Positions 22,645 through 32,566 of a stretch of 58,580 bases of DNA are shown here, piece after piece. A program made the position numbers and the translations under genes. This stretch comes from Thecamonas trahens ATCC 50062 (lineage: Eukaryota; Protista; Apusomonadida). Under the pieces are notes generated by a model, which ran no database searches, had not been told where the DNA came from, and saw only the letters and a list, made by a program, of their open reading frames with translations. How positions within the stretch are numbered: the first letter of the stretch is position 1; each line of letters begins with the position of its first letter. Where the stretch lies: contig NW_013657635.1 of assembly GCF_000142905.1 (NCBI RefSeq), forward strand, positions 251,966-310,545. Direction: 5' to 3'.

Positions 22645-22698
22645 TCCATCCCCATCCCCATCCCCATCCCCATCCCCATCCCCATCCCCATCCCTACC
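22645..22698. repeat. (CCCCAT)n microsatellite upstream of a gene start
   Basis: Seen directly. Confidence 0.9.
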
Positions 22699-22809
22699 CC
22701 CGTCCCCTTATCATCGCCAACGAACTCGGCTCCCCGTTGCCCAACGACGACCACCACGTCTCCCCTCCCCCCCCCCCTCCACCCACCCCCACCCTCCACC
22801 CACCCACCC

Positions 22810-24764
22810 ATGCCCACCCCCACCAGTCTTGCGCCCGTAGAGGGAGTCTCCTCCCAACGAATGGCGCTCTATGTCCCGGGGGCATCACGGGCACGACACC
22901 TGCGACGACTGGACAACCGTGCCTCACGCCGAGCTGCTGCCCGCGCTGCCCTGCAAGCCCATCTCAACACTCTTCCACTTCCGCTGCGACAGGGTGCGCT
23001 GGCATCGACGCCGCGTCCTCCTCCGCCCATGCTGACGGTGGATGACATCGATCTGCCGCCGCATGCTCGTCCTCTGCCTCAATCGGCTCATGCTGAGCCG
23101 TTGTATGCGCAGGCTGCTGCTCGGGCTGCTCAAGCCGCTGCTTTGGCAAAGAACCTGCTCCGTCAGCATGGTCAGGCAGAGGACGATGATGACGAGGGCA
23201 GCTCGGACGATGATCAAGCTGATGAGTTGTTGTATGATGCTGCACATCCGGCACAGGCCGTGCATGCTGTCGAGGCGCGGCGGTATAAGCGGGCCGTCCG
23301 GCGGGCGCGAAAGACCTGGCGGGAACGAGCTGCTGCTGATGGTGACATGGCCCGGGACAGACGCCGAGGCGCCACATCGCCGCCGCTGCGTGGCCTCCCG
23401 CTCGACGTCCGCCGCGCGCTTGACATCGAAACCACGGCTCGCCGACTGCGCAAGGCGCGGAAGATGAAGGCTGGGTCCGGCAAGCCGTCACCGGCCTTTG
23501 CCTCGACTGTGCCGCTGTTGGGAGAGCAAATGGCAAACGCTGCGTCCGAGGGCGGACTCATCTATGCCGTCAACATCGATGCGGTCGCTCCATCGGCGCC
23601 GTGTGTCCCCGAGTGGCGGCCCGACGATGCGGTGAAAACGACGGTCTCGCGGGCGCCCCCCCGCTCTCACCAGCGCAACTCGACGCTGCTCACGCTGCCA
23701 TCATGGCCAAGATTGACGCTCGTATTGAAGCCTCGGACATGCATGCTCGTCGGCAAGCTGCCTCGCGACTCGAGTCGCCGGTCTTTCGGCCGCCGTCGGT
23801 GGTGGCGCGCGCCGCATCAGCACCGCCGAACCCGGCGCGTCCAGACTCGGGCTCGGACTCGGGCTCTGGCTCGGACTCAGTTGTGGGCACGGAGACGCCC
23901 GCAGACTCATCAGGCTCATCCAGTCAGTCCGGCCCGGGCCCGCTGCCATCGTTCGCGCGTGCTGCCGACGCCTCGCGCCGCATCCCGGGCGCAGTCGACA
24001 TGTCGCGGAGCGTCGGGCGCGATCGTGACTTTAACTCGCTCTTCTATGCCCATCGCAAGGAGCCATATGTCGAGCGCATGTACGCGCCCAACTATGCGGC
24101 GGTCAAGGCGTCACCGGCGCCGGCGCGCGACTTTGGCCGACAGGTTGCGCGGGGCGAGCTGCAGCTCGTCGGCTCGTCGGCGCCCGACGTCCGCTACCGA
24201 CCCAAGGACCCATCGCAGATGCGATTTATGGCGCCGGCGCCCGGCGTGACCTTTGCCAACCAGACTGGTCGCGAGCGCGTGCCGCTCGAGAAGAAGGCAC
24301 GGTCGCTGTCACGGGCGTCGGCCAACGCCGCGCGCTCTCGCAGAGTCTCCAAATGGAAACGCCAGCTCCGGGCGCGCAGGCTCGGCGTGCCTGTGGAGAC
24401 ACCGGCCAGCCCGCGCGGCCGCCAACGCATGTCGACCGGCCGCGACACACTCCCGATCCCGGGCTTTGTCGACCTCTCCAAAAAGGGCCGCGCTCGGAGC
24501 GAGCCGCCGCCGGTCCTCGACCTCTCGTATGAGCCACGGTACGATGCTGTCCGCCGCCGGACACCGGGCGCGCCCATCTTTGAGCTCTCGCCGCCGCGGC
24601 GCGCCACCCCGCCGGGTGCCCGCGCCCGTGGGCCCGACAAGGCCTACGATGTAGCCCGCGGTCTCGACGCCATTCTCCCGCGCTCGCCGCAGCCGATCAT
24701 CCGCGCGCCGACCCGCGAGCCCAGGGCTCCGGGTACCTTTTTTGTCACCGAGCTCGACCCGTAG
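22810..24764 (+). CDS. Hypothetical Pro/Arg-rich protein with repeated Y-x-P...F motifs (SHIPPO/ODF3-like, possibly ciliary); frame break at ~23636
   Basis: ORF 22810 is protein-like up to DDAVK, then continues NDGLAGAPPL in ORF 23601-24764. Repeats YAPNYAAVK..RDFGRQVAR, YRPKD..VTFANQTGR, YEPRYDAVRRRTPGAPIF. The start could be 22862. Confidence 0.6.
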
Positions 24765-24774
24765 ATCCCTCGCC

Positions 24775-27700
24775 TCATGCCTTGGACCGCGGTGCGGTCG
24801 GAACAAAGACTGCGATCCGCGAGCCAATGTCAAACAGTCGCTGTCGCAGCTTGCTCTGCACCTCCTTAGCGTAGCGGTCGACCGTTGTTCGCGAGGGGAA
24901 GACTCGGACGTGGACCGGCGGGATCGAGTCCGGCTGGACCCGAAAGGCGTCAACTGTGGCAGGGTACATGAGCGCAAAGTTCCACAGCGCGGTGAGGACG
25001 TCGACCATATCGCCGGCCCGGAGCCCGTCAAGCATCATGGGAAGGGCCGAGAGCGGACGCGGGAACCACTGCGCGGCTGCCAGGATGCGCAGGAGCTGGG
25101 CGGTCTCATCGCGCAGAGCGGCTTCGGCAGCTGCGCTTGCGCTCGGACTCCGGACCTTGGCCTGCTTCGCGGCAAGGTGCCACGAGCCGACGTGCCACGC
25201 GAGGAGCGCCCGGAATACATCGAGGTAGCGGCAGAACTGGACCGGCGCCGCAGGCACAAGCGTTTCCAGCACCTCCCACACCAGCGGATTCTGGCTAAAC
25301 ATCCTCACAGTGGCAACGACGGCCTCGGATGCCGGACGCGCGGGCAGGACCTCGCGGTACTCGTCGCGCGAGGGGAGCGCCACCGCAGGCTTGACGTATG
25401 CGTACAGCGTCCGCGCCACCGCCCGCACTCGCTTGGGATCGACTGCTCCCCGCGACGAGTGCGCCAGGACCGGGAGCGTCAGCATGTCGAGCACGTACTG
25501 CCGGTTGCGGGCAAGCACTTCCTCCGAGGCGGGGGCCGGCGCGTTGCCGCCGGCGACAGCCTTGCGCCGCTTGCGCGCCCGCGAGCTCAGCATCTGTCCG
25601 CCGGTCATACCCTCGACCCGGCGCTTGCGGTTCTGTTCCAGCAGCGAGCTCGGGCGCGAGACAAAGGCCTCAAATGAGGCCGACGTGCGCTCGACAAAGG
25701 TGGTCGAGCGGGTGCTCACCACCGCTGCCAGCTGCTGTGTCAGCGGCGCCGCCAGCTCCATGCCGAGCGTCGAGACGTCGAGCTGGGCTGGAACCTCGCC
25801 TGAGGCGTTCGCCCGTGCCAGCAGCGAGAGCTGGGTGTCCGCGAGTGAGGCGTACGTCGGCGTGGCGCGGAGCAGGTTGTTGGCGAGATGCGAGAAGGCC
25901 GTGTCGACAAGGGTGATGACCAGGTGGTGGAACGAGGCCTCGGAGAAGCAGCCGAGGTGGTGCATGACCGACCGTCCTGCAGCGAGGATGTCGCGCTGAT
26001 GCTGGGCAGCGTCGGCNNNNNNNNNNNNNNNNNNNNNNNNNNNNNNNNNNNNNNNNNNNNNNNNNNNNNNNNNNNNNNNNNNNNNNNNNNNNNNNNNNNN
26101 NNNNNNNNNNNNNNNNNNNNNNNNNNNNNNNNNNNNNNNNNNNNNNNNNNNNNNNNNNNNNNNNNNNNNNNNNNNNNNNNNNNNNNNNNNNNNNNNNNNN
26201 NNNNNNNNNNNNNACTTCGAGAGCGGGAGGCCCGGGCGCGTTGCCCGCCCGGCGACAAGCCCTGCGCCGCTTGCCGCGCCCCGCGAAGCTTCAGCATCTG
26301 TCCGCCGGTCATGCCCTCGAACCCGGCGCTGCGGTCTGTTCCAGCAGCGAGCTCGGGCGCGAGACAAAGGCCTCAAATGAGGCCGACGTGCGCTCGACAA
26401 AGGTGGTCGAGCGGGTGCTCACCACCGCTGCCAGCTGCTGTGTCAGCGGCGCCGCCAGCTCCATGCCGAGCGTCGAGACGTCGAGCTGGGCTGGAACCTC
26501 GCCTGAGGCGTTCGCCCGTGCCAGCAGCGAGAGCTGGGTGTCCGCGAGTGAGGCGTACGTCGGCGTGGCGCGGAGCAGGTTGTTGGCGAGATGCGAGAAG
26601 GCCGTGTCGACAAGGGTGATGACCAGGTGGTGGAACGAGGCCTCGGAGAAGCAGCCGAGGTGGTGCATGACCGACCGTCCTGCAGCGAGGATGTCGCGCT
26701 GATGCTGGGCAGCGTCGGCATCTTGCATGCTGGCCAACATCAGCACCCAGACCTCTTCCAGCAGCGAGTGGATCGCCTCGACTGAGAGCACAAACGCGCC
26801 CGACGTCGCGGCCACGCCCGGCGCCGCGGTCTCCATTTCCGCCAGCACCTCATCCTTGGCCGAGACTGCAGCGAGCGCGGCGCCGAGGAGGCCAAGGGCC
26901 GGCGCGGCAATGCTAGGGGTCGCTCGGGCGAGCGAGACCAGCAGTCGCGTCCTGCGCAGCACCTCCTGTCCGGTGCTGAGCTCGACAAACGACGGCGAAG
27001 TGGCCACCATCCGCAGCGCGCCGAGCACCTGCTTGGCCTTGCCCTCGTCGTTTGCCTCTATCAGCGGCGGGAGCGCAGAGAGCAGCTTGTCGACGGAGCA
27101 TGCCCAGAGGCCGGCAGCGTTCGTCCCCGCTGCCGACGAGAGCAGCGACTTGAGCAGAGCATCGACCGCTGCCAGCGACGGCACCCGCTGCAAGGCGGCG
27201 GCAAGGACCTCAGCGGAGACCTTGTCCGTGCGCCGCTTGTTGCCAGTGTGGTGACGAGCACAAGGCCGGCGCCATGGTACCACGGCTGGTTCGAGGGGTG
27301 TGCAGAGCTTGCAGTCTCGAGGAGGTCGAGTAGCGGAGAGATGCAGAGCTGCGGGCAGAGGCCGCCTGCGGCGCGGACGGCGTCGACAAGCTCCCCGCTC
27401 AGCAGCGACTCGAGCGCAGGTGTGTACGCCGCAGCAAGCGCAGAGAGCCACGGCCCGAGCGAGGCGGGCGACGCCCGGGCCGAGCTTGCAACGACCGCGC
27501 CGAGCAGCTTGGCCTCGAGCGGGGCAAAGAAGTCTGCGCCAGCCGTGCTCGTGGTCAGCGCAGTGAGCGAAGCCAAGACGTCAGTCGGCGGAGTGCCAAC
27601 GGCGAGGGCGGCGAAGAGGGGTGGCGCCCAGCCGAGGTGGGCGAGCGACGCAACGAGCCAGCTCGCGAGCGCAGCGGCGACAAGGCCCTGCTCGTCGGCG

Positions 27701-28368
27701 GCAACCAGCCGGGCGAGGCGGGCGATGCGCTCCGGATCCGGGTTGTGCGGGAGCGCGGCGAGAACTTCAGCCGGGCGGGCCCGCAGCTGGCTGAGCGCCA
27801 GTGCGTCGTGGCTGGCAAGGACGTCGAGCTCGTCCGGGAGGCAGTCTGCGGCGAGCAGAGCCGGGACGAGGGCGGTTGAGAGGAGGACGAGGACGGCAGA
27901 GCCGGTTGGCGAGACAGGCATGTCGGCCCTCGGCGGCAGCAAGTCGACCATCAAACCGGCGGCGAGGCCCGCCGCAGTAGCCGGGGCCAGCGCGCCCGAG
28001 ACGATGAGCGGAGCGAGGAGAGCGGCGTCGAGCTTGGCGAGGAGGGCAGCCACCGGCGGGGCGAGCGGCCCGTGGATGATGCGAGTGAGGATGAGCTTGA
28101 GCAGAGCAGCCAGCGGATGACCACGTGCACTCTGCATGGCTTGCGGATGTGGATGAGAGCTTCCTGATGCCGATGTGGACGGAATGCGGGCAGAGAGCGC
28201 AGCCACAATGGCCGGACACGGTAGGTGGGCAAGGAGGGCGGCAGCAAGGACAGGTCCCTCGGCAATGCCATTGGCCACAGGAGGGTGCCAGGCCGATAGC
28301 TGGCGGGTGTACTCCTCCACCGCAGACGGACTCACCTTGTCTGGGAACGGAGGTGGGGTGCGGGACAT
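24775..28368 (-). CDS. INTS5: Integrator complex subunit 5-like HEAT/ARM protein; interrupted by a false gap/overlap and a frame break at ~27240
   Basis: C-terminus FSQNPLVWEVLETL...FCRYLDVFRALLAWHVGSW...AQWFPRPLSALPMMLDGLRAGDMVDVLTALWNF...VRVF...LRQRLFDIG resembles the INTS5_C region as recalled. The N-terminal half is Leu/Ala-rich and helical. Confidence 0.7.
26017..26213. other. Assembly gap (N), flanked by duplicated sequence
   Basis: 25632-26016 is identical to 26335-26719; 26214-26334 is an indel-ridden copy of ~25517-25631. Confidence 0.95.
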
Positions 28369-28945
28369 GGTGAGGGGGGGAGGGGGGGGAGGGGGGGGGG
28401 TGAGGTGGTGCGGTGCGCGGGCGGTGATCGCGCTGGCGCTGGTCGTTGCGGACTGCCAGGGGATGGGGGCGGGGCGGAGGGGGATCGGAGGCGGGCTGCA
28501 GTATCGGGCAATCGATGGAATGAGTGGAGGGGGGGGGAGGGGGGGTGGGGGATAGTGGAGGGGGTGGGGGGAGTCAACAGTGGCCACGATGGCGTGATGT
28601 GGTCAGGGCATGTGGTTGGCGAGTGATTCAGTGGATGCAGAGCGGCTGGTTGGAAAGATGAGAAGATTGGAGGGTCAGTTGAGTGTTGAGTGGCGGGGTG
28701 GCTAGATGCGTGGCAGGATGGATGGCTGTTGCCCTTGTCGCCGATGACCATCGGCTGCAACTGAGCCGTCTGGAATTGTAGATCTCAAAAATGTGTCCTT
28801 GTGATTGCTACAGGCCATGGCAGGCGGTTAGGAATCAGACCGTTTTACAAGAGGCGGAGGCAAAGTCGGAGAGCACACATCAGGAAGGTGTCTTCACGAG
28901 TTGATTATGTTGTGTGTGCGTGTGTGTGTGCGCGTGTTGATATGG

Positions 28946-29471
28946 CTCTATCGATCAGCTTAATCGATCAACTCCATCGATTGGCATCAACTCCATCGAG
29001 TCAGGATCAGCTCGATCGAGTCAGGATCAAGCACCATCGAGTCAAGATCAGCTCCATCGATCAGCTTAATCGATCAACTCCATCGATTGGCATCAACTCC
29101 ATCGAGTCAGGATCAGCTCCATCGAGTCAAGATCGGCACCATCGAGTCAGGATCAAGCACCATCGAGTCAGGATCAGCTCCATCGAGTCAAGATCGGCAC
29201 CATCGAGTCAGGATCAAGCACCATCGAGTCAGGATCAGCTCCATCGATCAGCTCGATCGATTGGCATCAGTTCCATCGAGTCAGGATCAGCTCCATCGAG
29301 TCAAGATCGGCACCATCGAGTCAAGATCGGCACCATCGAGTCAGGATCAAGCACCATCGAGTCAAGATCAGCACCATCGAGTCAAGATCGGCACCATCGA
29401 GTCAGGATCAGCTCCATCGATCAGCTCGATCGATTGGCATCAGTTCCATCGAGTCGGCATCAATCGATTGG
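28946..29471. repeat. Satellite of 20-21 bp units (CCATCGAGTCAGGATCAGCT / CCATCGAGTCAAGATCGGCA / CCATCGAGTCAGGATCAAGCA) with higher-order blocks
   Basis: Roughly 20 variant units seen directly, lying between the divergent INTS5-like and HIP1 starts. Confidence 0.95.
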
Positions 29472-29578
29472 CTGCGGTTTTGTCGCGGTGTTACTTTCGT
29501 GAACCACGCGGAGGAATGAACGACTGATGCGACCGAGGGCACTTGCGGCACACGTCACCCCCTCACCCGACCACGAGC

Positions 29579-32542
29579 ATGGAAGGACTCCCTGGAGCAG
29601 CACTCGCTGAAGGAGAGGTAGTGTCACCGCCTGGGCTTGAGAAGAGCCTTGCGACGGCAGCGAGAAAGGCAGCGGCGGCGACCAAGACGTTCCCCAAGAG
29701 GAAGCATGTGCGGAGGCTGATTCTGGCGTCGTACGAGGCAGCGTCTGGCCTGAGCATCGTGTGGCACATACTGAAGGCGCGGAAGATGAAGGAGTCTGTC
29801 GGGGTGGCGGCCAAGAGTCTTGCTGTTATTCATACCCTGTCCATCGAAGGTCATCCGCAGGTCTCGCTCGACATCTTTGCTCTCAACGATCTGCTCATCG
29901 ACATCCAGGCCTTCTTCAAGGCGCAGATCGCCTCGCCGTATGGTCCTTACTGTGAGCTCGTTGTCGAGCATGCTGCTTTTGTCCGTGACAAAGCCATCTT
30001 TATGAACCGGTTCCCCATCTTTGTTGGCTTCAAGGCTGCCGACGAGCTCCGCCGGGCACACGTCGAGTCGTTCCCGGCGCGGTACCAGGCGTACGTCGTG
30101 GCCGGCCTCATGGATCTGCTTGACCACACGGTGCGGATGCAGACGCTGCTGTTTGCCGCTCCGGCGCCCGGCGAGGCCATTCCCGAGCCGTTTATGGCCT
30201 TTGCCGAGCCGACCATCCACGATGCCTTTGTCTTCTTCTCCTACGCAAAGGCCTTTATGGTCCATCTGGTCTCGACCTCGCGCCCGCAGCCCGACGAGCT
30301 CGCCGACGTCGTCGCCTACCTCTCGGAGCGCTTTTTTGCGCTATACACCTCGCTCCGGTCGTTCTTCTATGACATGTCGACGCTTAAGCCGCTCGCCGCC
30401 ATCGTTGACATCCCGGTCCTCGGCGCCGACATGCCCATCCTCGCGCTGCCCGACTATGACGCCCGCGCGCTGGCGACTTCTTCGGCTGCCACCCCGCCGA
30501 CCACCCCGGGCGCTGCGCCGCCAGCCAACGATCCGCTCTGGCACCATGTCGTCACCAACTACGGCGGGAAGAGCAAGTCGAATCCGACGACGCCGACGTC
30601 GTCGGCTAAGAAGAAGAAGAAGGCCAAGAAGAGCGACTGGCTCTTCAGCATGCCCGAGGACGCCGTCTCGCGGCCGCCGCTCCCACTGCCCTCACCGACG
30701 GCAACACCCACAGCGACGCCCGCCGCAGCGCCGGCAGCCACCGTTGTGGCGCCGCCCGCCGACACGCTCAGCTCTTCGCGATCGACTCCGCTCCTTGACC
30801 TCGAGGCGCTCGACTGGGCCGCGGTCACCGATGTGACTGCCGAGGCTGCGCCAGCGCCTGTCGTCAACAGCAAGCCTTCCGAGGCTCCTCAACCCAGCAC
30901 ACCAGGCGATACCGCCGCGGCGGCCTTTGATTGGGTCTCGCAGGCGCTGCCGACGCTCGAGACCTCGCTTGTGCGCGTCGAGTCGGCCCCGGTGGCAGCG
31001 CCGCCTGCCACGGCGACATCCCCAGCCGCAGCAGCTGCGCCTGGAGCTCAGCCGGAAGGTGCTCCAGACTCGGACAGCCTGGAAGCAGTCCATGCACAGC
31101 TTGTCCAGTCGACGGCACTGCTGGAGAGCTCGGAAGAGCGGGCGCGGTTCGAGCAACGCGAGCTTGTTTCGGCGATTCTGGCGGGCATGCGCGAGAACAT
31201 CGACGCGGCAGCAGCGTCGCTCCCGCTACTCTCGTCGGCGCGGCCCGGGCTTGACGCAGTTCTCTCTGCGCTGCGGGAGGCGTCGGGCGCACTGCGGGCG
31301 CTGGCCTCGCTTGACAGCCACCTGCCGTATCCCGAGTATGCAGCGACGCAGCTGCAGCGGTCGGTGACGCTCTCGCGCGCGCTGACCGACCTCATGGGAG
31401 CTACCAAGACGGCGCTGGCGATGGCCGACAATGCGGGCGGACCCGAGGCGTCGCGGGCGCTGGCGGCGGTGCGTGCGTTTGCCATTGTGGCCGCCGGCGG
31501 CCTGGATGGTGCCGACGGCGCCTTGGCTACACTTGAGAAGAGTGCAGCGCTCGAAAATGCGGCGCATGTTGCGCTCGACGCGGCGCTCGCTCGCGGAGAG
31601 CAAGTCCCCGCAGTGGCGCCAGACGCGGCACCAGACTCGGGGTCTGCACTCGCGCTGGCGACCGAGTCCGAGTCGGAGTGGGAGCTGGAGACTTCGTCGT
31701 CCGACTCGGACGAGGAGATCGACGACTTGTTGGTGGCGTGGCCGGGCGGTGCGACACAGCCGGGCCGGCCGTCGTCGTTTGGCGACGAGCTCGCCGAGGT
31801 GGCGGCGCAAGTGCAGGCGATTGTGGACCGACTGCAGGCAAGCGTGGCAGCTCTAGAGGCGCGGGGACGGGCAAGCGGCGATGCGCCCGACGCGCCTGTC
31901 TTTGCAGCGTCGATGGACATTGCGCAGGGCATCGCGGCGCTGGTGAGCGCGGCGACTGAGGTACAGAAGCAAGTGGCCGAAGCCGAGGCCGAGGCCGAGC
32001 CTACGGGGGCGAGCTCGACGAACCCGTTTGCCAAGCCATCGCGATCAAGCGCTGCACAGCGGCGGTACGTGGAAAACCAGATGTACTGTGAGGGCCTCAT
32101 TTCGGCGGCTCGGCACTGCGGGAGCGCGACCGAGGCGCTTGTGGAGGCGTGCGAAGAGGTGGTGGCCGGGAGCGGCTCGGTCCACGCCGCCGAAGCGCGG
32201 GCCAAGCTGGTCAAGTCGTCGATCTGCCAGATTTTGGCTGCGTCGCGGGCCAAGACCGAGCCGGGCTCGGAGCTGCATGCCTCGCTCGGGCGCGCGAGCT
32301 CTGCGGTCGATGGCGCGGTTGCGGGCCTGCTAGTCGCGCTCCGCGCTGCGGTCGCTGCCCGAGGCCCGGGCACGCCCGAGGCTCAAGCTGGGCCGCCGAC
32401 CTCGCTCACCCGCGCCCGCATCCAGGAGATGGAGCTGCAGACTAAGATCCTCCAGCTCGAGGATGAGCTGTCTAAGACAAGGGCGCAGCTGGGTGCGCTG
32501 CGGCGGGCGCAGTACGCGGCGGCGGCGAGTGGCGACGCCTGA
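29579..32542 (+). CDS. HIP1: HIP1/Sla2-family endocytic adaptor (ANTH + talin-like I/LWEQ domain)
   Basis: ANTH FPKRKHVRRLILAS...AAKSLAVIHTLSIEGHP; I/LWEQ NQMYCEGLISAARHCG...QILAASRAK...RIQEMELQTKILQLEDELSKTRAQLGALRRAQY. Confidence 0.9.
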   Translation: MEGLPGAALAEGEVVSPPGLEKSLATAARKAAAATKTFPKRKHVRRLILASYEAASGLSIVWHILKARKMKESVGVAAKSLAVIHTLSIEGHPQVSLDIFALNDLLIDIQAFFKAQIASPYGPYCELVVEHAAFVRDKAIFMNRFPIFVGFKAADELRRAHVESFPARYQAYVVAGLMDLLDHTVRMQTLLFAAPAPGEAIPEPFMAFAEPTIHDAFVFFSYAKAFMVHLVSTSRPQPDELADVVAYLSERFFALYTSLRSFFYDMSTLKPLAAIVDIPVLGADMPILALPDYDARALATSSAATPPTTPGAAPPANDPLWHHVVTNYGGKSKSNPTTPTSSAKKKKKAKKSDWLFSMPEDAVSRPPLPLPSPTATPTATPAAAPAATVVAPPADTLSSSRSTPLLDLEALDWAAVTDVTAEAAPAPVVNSKPSEAPQPSTPGDTAAAAFDWVSQALPTLETSLVRVESAPVAAPPATATSPAAAAAPGAQPEGAPDSDSLEAVHAQLVQSTALLESSEERARFEQRELVSAILAGMRENIDAAAASLPLLSSARPGLDAVLSALREASGALRALASLDSHLPYPEYAATQLQRSVTLSRALTDLMGATKTALAMADNAGGPEASRALAAVRAFAIVAAGGLDGADGALATLEKSAALENAAHVALDAALARGEQVPAVAPDAAPDSGSALALATESESEWELETSSSDSDEEIDDLLVAWPGGATQPGRPSSFGDELAEVAAQVQAIVDRLQASVAALEARGRASGDAPDAPVFAASMDIAQGIAALVSAATEVQKQVAEAEAEAEPTGASSTNPFAKPSRSSAAQRRYVENQMYCEGLISAARHCGSATEALVEACEEVVAGSGSVHAAEARAKLVKSSICQILAASRAKTEPGSELHASLGRASSAVDGAVAGLLVALRAAVAARGPGTPEAQAGPPTSLTRARIQEMELQTKILQLEDELSKTRAQLGALRRAQYAAAASGDA

Positions 32543-32566
32543 ATGAAGCACATAGTTGCGTCCTGT

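Noticed and set aside
25517-26719. Real internal duplication in the INTS5-like gene
   Set aside because: A 385-bp identical copy on both sides of an N gap, with an indel-ridden contig end, is the signature of an unmerged overlap.
28946-29471. CRISPR-like array or 233-aa repetitive ORF
   Set aside because: Units are contiguous with no unique spacers, there are no cas genes, and the context is eukaryotic. Mixed 20/21-bp units cycle through reading frames, so the ORFs are incidental.
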